Source of the DNA: Eledone cirrhosa
Lineage: Eukaryota
Length of the DNA: 64,000 bases
NCBI GenBank assembly: GCA_964016885.1
Contig: OZ024740.1
Coordinates: forward strand, 267,034,001 to 267,098,000
Direction: 5' to 3'
The position numbers and the translations under genes were made by a program. The notes below the pieces were generated by a model, which worked only from the letters and a program-made list of their open reading frames with translations, searched no databases and had not been told where the DNA came from. Shown piece by piece: positions 34,708 to 47,516 of the stretch (positions within the stretch are counted from its first letter, which is position 1; each line of letters opens with the position of its first letter).

Positions 34708-35976
34708 TCAAGGATCAATTTCCCCCTCGTCCCTCTGCATATGAAAGTCTGCTGTCCAGGTCGTTTGTCTACGACTCCGTTGCGATCTTCGTAGCATTGG
34801 GGCAGGGCTCTGGGTTTCCACCTCATCTTGGGTTTCCTCTTCCTCGGAGTCCGTCGACACAGTGATTCTTCTTACATCTAGGACATGACGTGGTACCCCG
34901 TCCACGGACACATTGTTCTTTGAATTTACGGCCGTCACCGTTCCCCTTCCCCATTGAGATGTGCAACGTGCATCTGGCGGCTTAACCCAGACTTCTTCGC
35001 CCACCTGCACGAATGCACTCTCTCTCCCCACTGGCCGTTGTGGTGGCGAGCACGGGTGCCGCCACTCGTATTTGAATACTGCTCTGTCTGGCACCGATTC
35101 CTTGACCTGTCCAACCCGAGGGGACATATTGTACCAGAACACTGCCTCCATTGGTGAGATATGGCCCCGCTCCGCCATTGCCTTGATCGTCCGGTGGTGT
35201 CGCTCCACGATTCCATTCCCGCTCGGCCTGTGCGCTGCTCTGAAGAAACGGTCCACCTTCCATCCATCGAGCATCTCCCTCAGTGCCTCCGAGCGGAACG
35301 CTGCGCTATTGTCCATCAGCAATTCGTCCACAGGGCCCCGCTCCAAGAACACCTCTCTCAACGTCCGCACGATTTCCTCGGCCGTTCCAGTCTTCATCTC
35401 CCTCCATATCGCCATTCGACCTGGTCCACAGTCGACCATCGAGAGGTACGTTCCCTGCCGGTAGTGCGTCACATCCACCGCTAATCGCTTCCAGTCGCGA
35501 TCCACCGGGAGGCTTCCCGTTTCGTGTACACCCGGGGCGGGATCAATGGATTGACATCGGACGCAGCCTCTAACCACCACCCGAACACTGTGTCTGCTAA
35601 CGTCCGAGTCGATTCTCCTGGCTAGGAACAGGCTCCTATCCACCCCCATGTGGTGCATGTCATGCAACCCCTTCAGGTCTAACTCGGTCAGCCGACACAC
35701 GGCAGCTATCTCATCCTCTACCTCCTCCGGCGCTTCCATCCAGGCTTTCTTCACTCTAGTTAAGATGTCCGCCCTATTTTTCTCTGGGGGCACGAACACT
35801 ACGCTCAGCTTCAGGTCGAACTCGGTGGCCAGCTCTCCTAACGTTCCCATGCGGCGCTTTATCAGCATCTCCGCCGCGCCTCTCGTTCGCACTCTCTTCT
35901 CACTGGTGAGCACTGATCTTACCCATCCGAGTACAGTAGCCGAGTCGGTGCGTATCTCGATGGTGCGCAGCCCCAC
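34708..35976 (-). pseudogene. pol: pol RNase H C-terminus/integrase (copy 2)
   Basis: HHCC and DDE motifs. Confidence 0.92.
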
Positions 35977-37130
35977 CGCAGGGCGAGGTTCACCCTTCTC
36001 AACACCGCGTCCAGCTCGGCCACATTGATGTGGCTGCAGTCGTCCTTCTTTCTAAGCCAGGCTGCATCCTCGACCTCAACACCTCCTATCTCCAACGTGA
36101 CACCCAGCGCTATGCTGCTGGCATCGCACCATACGGTCCCGCTCTGTGATTTGGGAACGTACCAGCGCCCCCGCACTGGGTCGTCGGCCTTCTCCCCCCC
36201 CACGATCTCCTGCATCAGGGCCACCGTCCTCTCTCCCACTCTGTCACTCCAAGTCACCCCTCCCGCTCGTCTCTTGACATAGCTGCATGCCGTCCGGAGC
36301 CACCCAGCGATCGGGTAGTGACCCACCAGCTTTCCACACACCGAGAAAAGCTCCCGCCTATTCATACTTGGGCCCAGTTCCGGAACTTCGTTTCCCCTCT
36401 GGAACACCAAAACGCCCGTCTTGTCTCGCCGTAGCCTAAGTCCCAGCGCGGCTCCTCCCTCCAATGCTTCTGATGGCTTCGCAGTCAGTCCGTACCTCCG
36501 CAAATGGCTCGTGACCTCCGCCGTCGACACCACCGACTCGTCCACTAGGATGTCGTCAATATAGGAGTTAGTAGCCCACTTTATCTTGTCGGCCCTCCCC
36601 AGAGCGGTCTTGAGGACCGCCGCCATGATCTTCGGTGCGGAGCTCAGCCCGAAACCGAGCCTGGTCAGGCAATATGTCCGGCCCTTATACCTGACCAGCT
36701 GATACCGCCAGAGCTTCTCATCTATATGCAACTGCAAGTAAGCCGACTTTAGATCCACGATCGCTGAACCCCCCGTCATGCGTCTCCACTCACGCAGGAT
36801 TTCCCCACAGACATCCGTGACCTCGCCGCCCGTGTGGCATGACACGTGCTCGTTCAGCTCCCGATAGTCCAGCACCGGCCTCACCTTGCTCTTCGTGGGT
36901 TGCACCACCGCCATCAACGGCAATACTCCGCACTTCACCTCCTCCTTCCAGGGAAGCAGTATGCCCTCTTCGATCCATCTCTCTACTTCTCGCTCGAACT
37001 CGCTCCTAGCGTTTCCCTTCAATGTGTGTTGATAGCAGCCCACTTTGGTCTTCAGTGTTCGTGGTTCTCCCTTCCAGTACCACTCAACAACCCATCGCTG
37101 CCCATCAAATACGGTCTTGAAGTCTTTGTC
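35919..37130 (-). pseudogene. pol: pol RT/RNase H (copy 2)
   Basis: DLKSAY, YIDD, WCDAS motifs. Confidence 0.92.
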
Positions 37131-37176
37131 TTATACAGTGTAAGCGGGATATTCCTCCTCGTGGGCCTTCTGGTTC

Positions 37177-37581
37177 TCATGACGTACTCACAGCGCATAC
37201 CGATGCAGCGGCGCCAAACGACACACCGACATTGTTCACCGTGACGCCCCCTAGACGGCCAATCGCGTCCATGCCCATAACCACGCCGATCCCATCCACC
37301 ACATTGTCTACCACGATGGCGGAAAGCCTTATCCTCCTTCCCTGTACCGCTATTTCCATCTCGCTGCGATCTCGGCATTCAATTTTCCTGCCGTCGACTG
37401 CCCTTACGCTGCTCTTCCCTCCCCACCTCTGCGCCACCCCCGCGGTCACCAGTGTCGTCGTACAGCCCGTATCCACGAGGGCTCGCTGTGGCTTCCCCCT
37501 CGCGAAGACTTCCACCACGGGCAGCGCCGCTACTCGTAAGGGGAAACTACCGGCGCAGTAGTTCCCCTTGGATCGTTTCCC
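37177..37581 (-). pseudogene. pol: pol protease segment (copy 2)
   Basis: ALVDTGC motif. Confidence 0.88.
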
Positions 37582-38283
37582 TGGTCGCAGTTAGTAGCGA
37601 TGTGGCCTGGTCGCTTACACCGGTAGCAAATTATCTCCGGCTTCGACTCTCTACAGTCTCTAGCCATGTGCGGGCCCTGGCACCGAAAACAGCGCCCCCT
37701 AAACGCACGCGGACGGCTGCGTGCCGAGGTTACCTCCCTTTCAGCATTTCGCTGCCAGGTGTCCTGAGCCTACGTAGTTGCTATCGCCGCAACATTCTTT
37801 TTGGCATCTTCCGCTATGATCCGGGCTTATTCCACCAGTGAACGCATTTCCATCTCTTTATAACCCGGGACTTGCTGCAGTTTCACCGCTATGTCGTCCG
37901 GAAATCCATTGATGAACGCCAACCGCACCGTGCGTTCGCATTCCGCCTGGTAACCGGCTAACATAGCCAACCGCCGTATTTCCGCTGCGAAAATGTCGAC
38001 GCGCTCACCATTCCACCTGATTCTCGCCAGCTTAGCAAAAGCCGCCAACGGTCCCTCGGCGAATGCATCCATCAGACGCCTCTCAATCTTCTGCACATCT
38101 CTTTGGCTGCAACTCAAGGAAGAGTACCAGCGCGTCGCCCTCGAGGTACAATGCCATGAGGCCGGCCACGTCCTCTATCTTCTGCAAGCTTGCGACCAGC
38201 CGAACCTTCCGTAGCCAAGCGACAACGTCACCTTCCCCGGTGAATGCCCTGATAGCTTCGTTCATCCGTAGTCTTGTCGCCAT
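37530..38283 (-). pseudogene. gag: gag, disrupted (copy 2)
   Basis: Same motifs and lesions as copy 1. Confidence 0.88.
37538..37581 (-). promoter_or_regulatory. -1 frameshift signal (copy 2)
   Basis: GGGAAAC heptamer plus hairpin. Confidence 0.8.
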
Positions 38284-38348
38284 CTTCTGATTTGTCTTAA
38301 GGCAAGTGTTTTGGTTTTTTTTGAGATAGCTTTTTCTTTTTTTCAGTC

Positions 38349-38360
38349 GCCGAAATAGCT
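38349..38360 (-). promoter_or_regulatory. Non-canonical PBS complementary to tRNA-Phe nt 1-12
   Basis: GCCGAAATAGCT directly abuts the LTR. Confidence 0.65.
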
Positions 38361-38664
38361 TGTGGTTAGAAAAAACTATCTCACTTACAGCTTTTCAAAG
38401 GCGCCGCTAAATTCCACTGCAGGTTACTCCTCTTCCACGTGCGTCCAACTGCTTAACACCGGGAGCTGCCCAAAACTCGCATCCACTGCGTGTGCTGGTC
38501 ACATCTAGAGAGTGGCCCTCTGCTGGCCCTTCCGGTCGAGCATCCTTCCGGCCAAAAGAGCCTTCCGGTCGAGCGCTCCCCCGCCTCCGGCCACCGCACG
38601 CCACACACCCTTCCGGTCGAGCACTCGCCCGCCTCCGGCCACCGCACGCCACAGCATACCCACA
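38361..38664 (-). repeat. 5' LTR of copy 2 (304 bp)
   Basis: TGTGG...CCACA termini; retains both 48-bp internal repeats. Confidence 0.92.
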
Positions 38665-38990
38665 GTCTCTACTGCAGAGGGCACGACCGCAAACCTGTCG
38701 TAGAGCAATCGGTACTTACCTTGTCAAACACGTTTACGTTTCTCCCAATTTAGGGAAAGTTGTACAAATTTAGAAGCTGTTGATTAACAATGTAAATATA
38801 ACGTTTAGCATCTAATATTTAGCATCTACGTCAAGTACTTTTGTCAAACCCAGGTCAGCACAATTCCAACATTGGTAAAATATACAGTACTGGATATAGT
38901 AATCGACGAGTAGTTAGTCAGAAGAAATATCTGAGATTCTATCAAACACAACAAAATATGAAATAGAAGGAAAAAAAAAGAAGCATATGA

Positions 38991-39063
38991 AGGTTCCAGC
39001 GAGTTTCGAACTCACGACCTTCTGCGTGTAAAGCAGATGTGATAACCACTACACCATGGAACC
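38991..39063 (-). tRNA. tRNA-Val-TAC: tRNA-Val(TAC)
   Basis: Consensus. Confidence 0.8.
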
Positions 39064-39184
39064 AGATGATCGCTTCGATCAAATATTGTCTTATCAAACA
39101 CATTTTCACAGGCTTTAATTTAGTGAAATTGAAACAAATATAAATGTGGTTGATGAGGCAATATTTGGTGAACAGTAAACGTAT

Positions 39185-39257
39185 GGTTCCATGGTGTAGT
39201 GGTTATCACATCTGCTTAACACGCAAAAGGTCGTGAGTTCAAAACTCGCTGGAACCT
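39185..39257 (+). tRNA. tRNA-Val-AAC: tRNA-Val(AAC), variant
   Basis: Two changes from consensus. Confidence 0.62.
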
Positions 39258-39347
39258 TACTTTCGCTCTATTATTTATTTTTATCAGTTGTGTTTTATTT
39301 GTCAGCATCTCACATATTTCCTTTATCTATCTCTTCCATTATTTCTA

Positions 39348-39454
39348 ATCCCGCCGAGGTTGACTTTGCCTTCATTGACTTTACCCGGTCGATAAAATAA
39401 AGTACAGGTAATGCACTGGGTAAAATTGCTGGCCTTGTGCCTAAAGTAGAAACA
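39348..39454 (+). mobile_element. SINE fragment
   Basis: As 24-127. Confidence 0.7.
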
Positions 39455-39643
39455 ATTATTTCTATATCCAGTGTTGCTTAGTTTTCCAATGATGGAAAAC
39501 TTTAGACCTTCTTCTTTTTTCAAATATTTTAAAAGCAAAAGGAAGAATCTTTAGATGTAAATGAAATATTTTTTTTATTTTTAAATTAAAATTTAATATT
39601 AAGTGTGATTATACCGAATATTGAACTCCAGACAATTTGACTA

Positions 39644-39716
39644 AGATTCCAATGAGTCTCAAACTCATGACCTTCTTTGTGCTAAGCAGACGTGATAGCC
39701 ACTACACTATGGGAGC
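39644..39716 (-). pseudogene. Decayed Val-type tRNA (AGC)
   Basis: As 854-926. Confidence 0.65.
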
Positions 39717-40655
39717 AATTACGGTCCAGTTTATCGAATAATTTTCTTTTATAGATATCTTGTGAATTTGAATTTGTTTATCTTGACTAATATTTATATG
39801 TATAGTCTAGACTTAGAAAAGCTAGTAACCAAAGGGTTGCATCCTAACAAATATTGCCTTGCGATATATCAACGACTATCTATACGTTAGCGAATTTCTT
39901 CAATTTTTTTGAACGACAAAATATGATTTTCAAATTTGATGGTTATTTCTAGCAGTTCCAAAAACAGCGTAGAACCTCTTTGGCCGGCTAATCTTTTTTA
40001 TATTTGGAAGTGTTTAAATACGGAAACTCGATAGATAATGAATACAACCACAAGGATATAGTCCCAACGTGGAAGAGCTGAACTCTCACTGTCATCGCCT
40101 CCATCACTCTCGCCCTCCCCATCTTTCTGTATGGTGAAAAAATGTGGTCCCACGTGTTGGTCTACCACAGCCCCGGCGGACAGAATGGAGAAGGCGTTTT
40201 CCCGGAGGTTAGTAAGGAATATGCACTGGAAGAGCCATTCTAACTCCGAGGCCCAAACCTGCGGCTAGCAAGCTCAACGCCAATTGGGGTGCGTAGGGAA
40301 GTAGCCCTAGGGCCAAGTACACCAGAAGTCTCTACTGCAGAGGGCACGAGTGGAAACCTGTCCTAGAGCGATCGGTACTTGCCTTGTCAAACACGTTTAC
40401 GTTTCTCCCAAATTAGTGAAAGTTGTACAAATTTAGAAGCTGTTGATTAACAATGTAAATACAACGTTATGAATGGTTACTAATATATAGCATATACGTC
40501 AAGTACTTTTGTCACAACCAGGTCAGCACAATTCCAACATTGGTAAGATATTCAGTACTGGATATAGTAATCGACGAGTAGTTAGTCAGAAGAAATATCT
40601 GAGATTCTAACAAACACAACACAATATGAAATAGAAGTAAAAAAAAAGCATATAA

Positions 40656-40728
40656 AGGTTCCAGCGAGTTTCGAACTCACGACTTTCTGCGTGTAAAGCA
40701 GATGTGATAACCACTAAACCATGGAACC
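40656..40728 (-). tRNA. tRNA-Val-TAC: tRNA-Val(TAC), variant
   Basis: Two changes from consensus. Confidence 0.62.
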
Positions 40729-40849
40729 AGACGATAACTTCTATCAAATATTGTATTATCAAACACATTTACATTTGTTTTAATTTAGTGAAATTGAAAC
40801 AAATATAAATATGGTTGATGAGGCAATATTTGGTGAACAGTAAACGTAT

Positions 40850-40922
40850 GGTTCCATGGTGTAGTGGTTATCACATCTGCTTAACACGTAAAAGGTCGTG
40901 AGTTCGAAACTCGCTGGAATCT
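40850..40922 (+). tRNA. tRNA-Val-AAC: tRNA-Val(AAC), variant
   Basis: Stem changes. Confidence 0.58.
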
Positions 40923-41191
40923 TAGTTTCGCTCTATTATTTTTCTTTTCTCAGTTGTGTTTTATTTGTCAGCATCTCACATATTTCCACTATCTATCTCT
41001 TCCATTATTTCTATATCCAGTGTTGTTTACTTTTACAATGACGGAAAACTTTAGCCCTTCTTTCTTTTTTCAAAAACTTTAAAAATAAAAAGAAGCATCT
41101 TTAGATGTAAATGAAATATTATTGTTTTTTTAATTAAAATTTAATATTAAGTGTGATTATACCGAATATTGAACTCCCGACAATTTGACTA

Positions 41192-41264
41192 AGGTTCCAG
41201 TGAGTCTCAAACTCATGACCGTTTGTGTGCTAAGCAGACGTGATAGCCACTACACTATGGGAGC
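41192..41264 (-). pseudogene. Decayed Val-type tRNA (AGC)
   Basis: As 25917-25989. Confidence 0.68.
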
Positions 41265-42192
41265 AATTACGGTCCAGTTTATCGAATAATTTTCTTTTAT
41301 AGATATCTTGTGAATTTGAATTTTTTTATCTTGACTAATATTTATATGTATAGTCTAGACTTAGAAAAGCTAGTAACCAAAGGGTTGCATCCTGACAAAT
41401 ATTTTGTCGCGATATATCAACGACTATCTATACTTTAGCGAATTTCTTCAATTTTTTTTTAACGACAAAATATGATTTTCAAATTTGATTGTTATTTCTA
41501 GCAGTTCAAAAAACATCGTAGAACCTCTTTGGCTGGCTAATCTTTTTATATTTGGAAGAGTTTAAATACGGAAACTCTATAGATAATGAACACAACCACA
41601 AGTATAGGGTCCGAATGTGGAAGAGCTTAACTCTCACTGTCATCGCCTCCATCACTCTCGCTTTCCCCATCTTTATGTATGGTGAAAATTGGGGTCCCAC
41701 GTGTTGGTCTCCCCACAGCCCCGGCGGACAGAATGGAGAAGGCGTTTTCCCGGAGGTTAGTAAGGAATATGCACTGGAAGAGCCATTCTAACTCCGAGGC
41801 ACAAACCTGCGTCTAGCCAAATCAGCGCCAATGGTGGTGCGTAGGGAAGTAGCCCTAGGGCCAAGAACACCAGAAGTCTCTACTGCCGAGGGCACGACCG
41901 CAAACCTATCGTAGAGCGATCGGTTCTTGGCCTGTCAAACACGTTTATGTTTCTCCCAATTTAGTGAAAGTTGTATAAATTTAGAAGCTGTTGATTAACA
42001 ATGTAAATACAACGTTATGAATGGTTACTAATATTTAGCATCTACGTCAAGTACTTTTGTCAAACCCAGGTCAGCACAATTCCAACATTGGTAAAATATA
42101 CAGTACTGGATATAGTAATTGACGGGAAGTTAGTCAGAAGAAATATCTGAGATGCTATCAAACACAACACAATATGAATTAGAAGCAGATAA

Positions 42193-42265
42193 AGGTTTCA
42201 GCGAGTTTCGAACTCACGACCTTCTGCGTGTAAAGCAGATGTGATAACCACTACACCATGGAATC
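42193..42265 (-). tRNA. tRNA-Val-TAC: tRNA-Val(TAC), acceptor variant
   Basis: As 26912-26984. Confidence 0.55.
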
Positions 42266-42386
42266 AGATGCTTGCCCGGATCAAATATTGTATTATCAAA
42301 CACATTTTCATTGGTTTTAATTTAGTGAAATTGAAACAAATATAAATATGGTTTATGAGGCATTATTTGGTGGATAGAAAGCGTAT

Positions 42387-42459
42387 GGTTCCATCGTGTA
42401 GTGGTTATCACATCTGCTTCACACGCAGAAGGTCGTGAGTTCGAAACTCGCTGGAACCT
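42387..42459 (+). tRNA. tRNA-Val-CAC: tRNA-Val(CAC)
   Basis: Near consensus. Confidence 0.72.
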
Positions 42460-42543
42460 TACCTTCGCTTTTTTATTTCTCAGTTGTGTTTTATTTGTCA
42501 GCATCTCACATATTTCCTTTATCTATCTCTTCCATTATATCTA

Positions 42544-42648
42544 ATCCCGCCGAGGTTGACTTTGCCTTTCATCCTTACCGGGTTGATAAAATAAAGTACC
42601 AGTAATGCACTGGGTAAAATTGCTGGCCTTGTGGCTAAAGTAGAAACA
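42544..42648 (+). mobile_element. SINE fragment
   Basis: As 24-127. Confidence 0.7.
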
Positions 42649-42825
42649 ATTATTTCTATATCCAGTGTGGTTTACTTTTCCAATGATGGAAAACTTTAGC
42701 TCTTCTTCCTTTTTTCAAATACTTTAAAAACAAAAGATGTAAATGAAATATTTTTTTTATTTTTAAATTAAAATTTAATATTAAGTGTGATTATACCGAA
42801 TATTGAACTCCCGACAATTTGACTA

Positions 42826-42898
42826 AGGTTCCAGTGAGTCTCAAACTCATGACCTTCTGTGTGCTAAGCAGACGTGATAGCCACTACACTATGGGAGC
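42826..42898 (-). pseudogene. Decayed Val-type tRNA (AGC)
   Basis: As 854-926. Confidence 0.7.
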
Positions 42899-43826
42899 AA
42901 TTACGGTCCAGTTTATCGAATAATTTTCTTTTATAGATATCTTGTGAATTTGAATTTTTTTATCTTGACTAATATTTATATGTATAGTCTAGACTTAGAA
43001 AAGCTAGTAACCAAAGGGTTGCATCCTAACAAATATTGCCTCGCGATATATCAACGACTATCTATAGGTTAGCGAATTTCTTCAATTTTTTTTTAACGAC
43101 AAAGTATGAATTTTAAATTTGATTGTTATTTCTAGCAGTTCCAAAAACAGCGTAGAACCTCTTTGGCTGGCTAATCTTTTTATATTTGGAAGTGTTTAAA
43201 TACGGAAACTCTATAGATAATGAACAAAACCACAAGGATATAGTCCCAACGTGGAAGAGCTGAACTCTCACTGTCATCGCCTCCATCACCCTCGCTTTCC
43301 CTATCTTTCTGTATGGTGAAAAAATGGGGTCCCACGTGTTAGTCTCCCCACAGCCCCGGCGGACAGAATGGAGAAGGCGTTTTCCCGGAGGTTAGTAAGG
43401 AAGATGCACTGGTAGAGCCATTCAAACTCCGAGGCCCAAACCTGCATCTAACCAGCTCAGCGCCAATTGTGGTGCGTAGGGAAGTAGACCTAGGGCCAAG
43501 AACACCAGAAGTCTCTACTTCCGAGGGCACGACCACAAACCTGTGGAGAGGGATCGGTTCTTGCCCTGTCAAACACGTTTACGTTTCTCCCAATTTAGTG
43601 AAAGTTGTACAAATTTAGAAGCTGTTGATTAACAATGTAAATACAACGTTATTAATGGTTACTAATATTTAGCATCTACGTCAAGTACTTTTGTCAAACC
43701 CAGCTCAGCACAATTCCAACATTGGTAAAATATACAGTACTGGATATAGTAATCGACGGGAAGTTAGTTAGAAGAAATATCTGAGATTCTATCAAACACA
43801 ACACAATATGAAATAGAAGCAGATAA

Positions 43827-43899
43827 ACGTTCCAGCGAGTTTCGAATTCACGACCTTCTGCGTGTAAAGCAGATATGATAACCACTACACCATGGAACC
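43827..43899 (-). tRNA. tRNA-Val-TAC: tRNA-Val(TAC), degenerate
   Basis: Three changes including the B box. Confidence 0.5.
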
Positions 43900-44020
43900 A
43901 GATGATTGCTTCGATCAAATATTCTATTATCAAACACATTTACATTTGTTTTAATTTAGTGAAATTGAAAGAAATATAAATGTGCTTGATGAGGCAATAT
44001 TTGGTCGACAGTTAATGTAC

Positions 44021-44093
44021 GGTTCCATGGTGTAGTGGTTATCACATCTGCTTAACACGTAGAAGGTCGTGAGTTCAAAACTCGCTGGAACCT
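44021..44093 (+). tRNA. tRNA-Val-AAC: tRNA-Val(AAC)
   Basis: Near consensus. Confidence 0.68.
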
Positions 44094-44355
44094 TAGTTTC
44101 GCTTTTTTCTTTTCTCAGTTGTGTTTTATTTGTCAGCATCTCACATATTTCCTCTAACTATCTCTTCCATTATTTCTATATCCAGTGTTTTTTACTTTTA
44201 TAATGACGGAAAACTTAACCCTTCTTCCTTTTTTCAAATACTTTAAAAACAAAAGGAAGCATCTTTAGATGTAAATGAAATATTATTGTTTTTTTAATTA
44301 AAATTTAATATTAAGTGTGATTATACCGAATATTGAACTCCCGACAATTTGACTA

Positions 44356-44428
44356 AGGTTCCAGTGAGTCTCAAACTCATGACCTTCTGTGCGCTAAGAA
44401 GGTGTGACAGCTACTACACTATGGGAGC
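44356..44428 (-). pseudogene. Decayed Val-type tRNA (AGC)
   Basis: As 9134-9206. Confidence 0.65.
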
Positions 44429-45360
44429 AATTACGGTCCAGTTTATCGAATAATTTTCTTTTATAGATATCTTGTGAATTTGAATTTTTTTTATCTTGAC
44501 TAATATTTATATGTATAGTCTAGACTTAGAAAAGCTAGTAACCAAAGGGTTGCATCCTCACAGATATTGCCTCGCGATATATCAACGACTATCAATACGT
44601 TAGCGAATTTCTTCAACTTTTTTTTTTAACGACAAAGTATGATTTTCAAGTTTGATTGTTATTTCTAGCAGTTCCAAAAACATGGTAGAATCTCTTTCGC
44701 TGGCTAATCTTTTTATATTTGGAAGTGCTTAAATACGGAGACTCTATAGATAATGAACACAACCACAAGGATATAGTCCCAACGTGGAAGAGCTGAACTC
44801 TCACTGTCATCGCCTCCATCACTCTCGCTTTCCCCATCTTTCTGTATGGTGAAAAAATGGGGTCACACGTGTTGTTCTACCCACAGCCCCGGCGGACAGA
44901 ATGGAGTAGGCGTTTTCCCGGAGGTTAGTAAGGAAGATGCACTGGAAGAGCCATTCTAACTCCGAGGCCCAAACCTGCGTCTAGCCAGCTCAGCGCCAAT
45001 TATGGTGCGTAGGGAAGTAGCCCTAGGGCCAAGTACACCAGAAGTCTCTACTGCCGAGGACACGACCGCAAACCTGTCGTAGAGGGATCGGTTCTTGCCC
45101 TGTCAAACACGTTTACGTTTCTCCCAATTTAGTGAAAGTTGTATAAATTTAGAAGCTGTTGATTAACAAAGTAAATACAACGTTATTAATGGTTACTAAT
45201 ATTTAGCATCTACGTCAAGTACTTTTGTCAAACCCAGGTCAGCACAATTCCAATATTGGTAAAATATACAGTACTGGATATAGTAATCGACGGGAAGTTA
45301 GTCAGAAGAAATATCTGAGATTCTATCAAACACAACACAATATGAAATAGAAGCAGATAA

Positions 45361-45433
45361 AGGTTCCAGCTAGTTTGAAACTCACGACCTTCTGCGTGTA
45401 AAGCAGATGTGATAACCACTACACCATGGAACC
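45361..45433 (-). tRNA. tRNA-Val-TAC: tRNA-Val(TAC), T-arm variant
   Basis: T-arm changes. Confidence 0.52.
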
Positions 45434-45554
45434 AGACGATTGCTTCGATCAAATATTGTATTATCAAACACATTTTCATTGGTTTTAATTTAGTGAAATT
45501 GAAACAGATATAAATGTGGTTTACGAGGCAATATTTGGTGTAAAGTAAACGTAT

Positions 45555-45627
45555 GGTTCCATGGTGTAGTGGTTATCACATCTGCTTCACACGCAAAAGG
45601 CCGTGAGTTCGAAACTCGCTGGAACCT
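45555..45627 (+). tRNA. tRNA-Val-CAC: tRNA-Val(CAC), variant
   Basis: As 2050-2122. Confidence 0.65.
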
Positions 45628-45894
45628 TAGTTTCGCTATATTATTTTTTTTTCCTCAGTTGTGTTTTATATGTCAGCATCTCACATATTTCCTCTATCTA
45701 TCTCTTCCATTATTTCTATATCCAGTGTTGTTTACTTTTCCAATGATGGAAAACTTTAGCTCTTCTTCCTTTTTAAAATACTTTAAACACAAAAGGAAGC
45801 ATTTTTAGATATAAATGAAATATTATTTTTTTGAAATTAAAATTTAATATTAAGCGTGATTATACTGAATATTGAATTCTCGAATTTTTTACTA

Positions 45895-45967
45895 AGGTTC
45901 CAGTGAGTCTCAAACGCATGACCTTCTGTGTGCTAAGCAGACGTGATAGCCACTACACTATGGGAGC
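45895..45967 (-). pseudogene. Decayed Val-type tRNA (AGC)
   Basis: As 854-926. Confidence 0.68.
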
Positions 45968-46908
45968 AATTACGGTCCATTTTATCGAATAATTTTCTTT
46001 TATACATACATTTTGATTTTGAATTTTTTTATCTTGACTAATATTTATATGTATAGTCTAGACTTAGAAAAGCTAGTAACCAAAGGGTTGCATCCTAACA
46101 GATATTTCCTAGCGATATATCAACGACTATCTATACGTTAGCGAATTTCTTCAATTTTTTTTTAACGACAAAATATGATTTTAAATTTGATGGTTATTTT
46201 TAGCAGTTCGAAAAACAGCGTACAACCTCTTTGGCTGGCTAATCTTTTTATATTTGGAAGTGTTTAAATACGGAAACTCTATAGATAATGAACACAACCA
46301 CAAGGATATAGTCCCAACGTGGAAGAGCTGAACTCTGACTGTCATCGCCTCCATCACTCTCGCTTTCCCCATCTTTCTGTATGGTGAAAATTGGGGTCCC
46401 CCGTGTTGGTCTCCCCACAGTCCCGGCGGACATAATGGAGAAGGCGTTTTCCCGGAGGTTAGTAAGGAATATGCACTGGAAGAGCCAATCTAACTCAGAG
46501 GCACAAACCTGCGTCTAGCCAGCTCAGCGCCAATTGTGGTGCCTAGGGAAGTAGCCCTAGAGCCAAGTACACCAGAAGTCTTTACTGCAGAGGGCACGCC
46601 CGCAAACCTGTCGTTGAGCGATCGGTACTTGCCCTGTCAAACACGTTTACGTTTCTCCCAATTTAGTGAAAGTTGTATAAATTTAGAAGCTGTTGATTAA
46701 CAATGTAAATACAACGTTATAAATGGTTACTAATATTTAGCATCTACGTCAAGTACTTTTGTCAAACACAGGTCAGCACAATTCCAACATTGGTAAAATA
46801 TACAGTACTGGATATAGTAATCGACGGGAAGTTAGTCAGACGAAATATCTGAGATTCTATCAAACACAGCACAATATGAAATAGAAGGGAAAAAAAAGAA
46901 GCATATGA

Positions 46909-46981
46909 AGGTTCCAGCGAGTTTCGAACTCACGACCTTCTGCGTGTAAAGCAGATGTGATAACCACTACACCATGGAAGC
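46909..46981 (-). tRNA. tRNA-Val-TAC: tRNA-Val(TAC), G2C variant
   Basis: One acceptor mismatch. Confidence 0.65.
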
Positions 46982-47101
46982 AGATGATAGCTTCGATCAA
47001 ATATTGTATTATCAAACACATTTACATTTGTTTTAATTAAGTGAAATTGAAACAATATAAATGTGCTTGATGAGGCACTATTTAGTCGACAATCAATGTA
47101 C

Positions 47102-47174
47102 GGTTCCATGGTGTAGTGGTTATCACATCTGCTTAACACGCAGAAGGTCGTGCGTTCGAAACTCGCTGGAACCT
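47102..47174 (+). tRNA. tRNA-Val-AAC: tRNA-Val(AAC), T-stem variant
   Basis: As 13444-13516. Confidence 0.68.
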
Positions 47175-47443
47175 TAGTTTCGCTATATTAATTTTTGTTC
47201 CTCAGTTGTGTTTCATTCGTCAGCATCTCACATATTTCCTCTATCTATCTCTTCCATTATTTCCATATCCAGTGTTGTTTACTTTTACAATGACGGAAAA
47301 CTTTAGCCCTTCTTCCTTTTTTCAAATACTTTAAAAACAAAAGGAAGCTTCTTTAGATGTAAATGAAATATTATTGTTTTTTTAATTAAAATTTAATATT
47401 AAGTGTGATTATACCGAATATTGAACTCCCGACAATTTGACTA

Positions 47444-47516
47444 AGGTTCCAGTGAGTCTCAAACTCATGACCTTCTGTGTGCTAAGCAGACGGGATATCC
47501 ACTACACTATGGGAGC
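47444..47516 (-). pseudogene. Decayed Val-type tRNA (AGC)
   Basis: As 854-926. Confidence 0.68.

Larger units (their letters stand above)
34392..38664 (-). mobile_element. Same LTR retrotransposon, copy 2 (duplicate at offset 30345)
   Basis: Same TSD GTCTC, same site in the unit, same frameshifts and stops. Confidence 0.95.
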
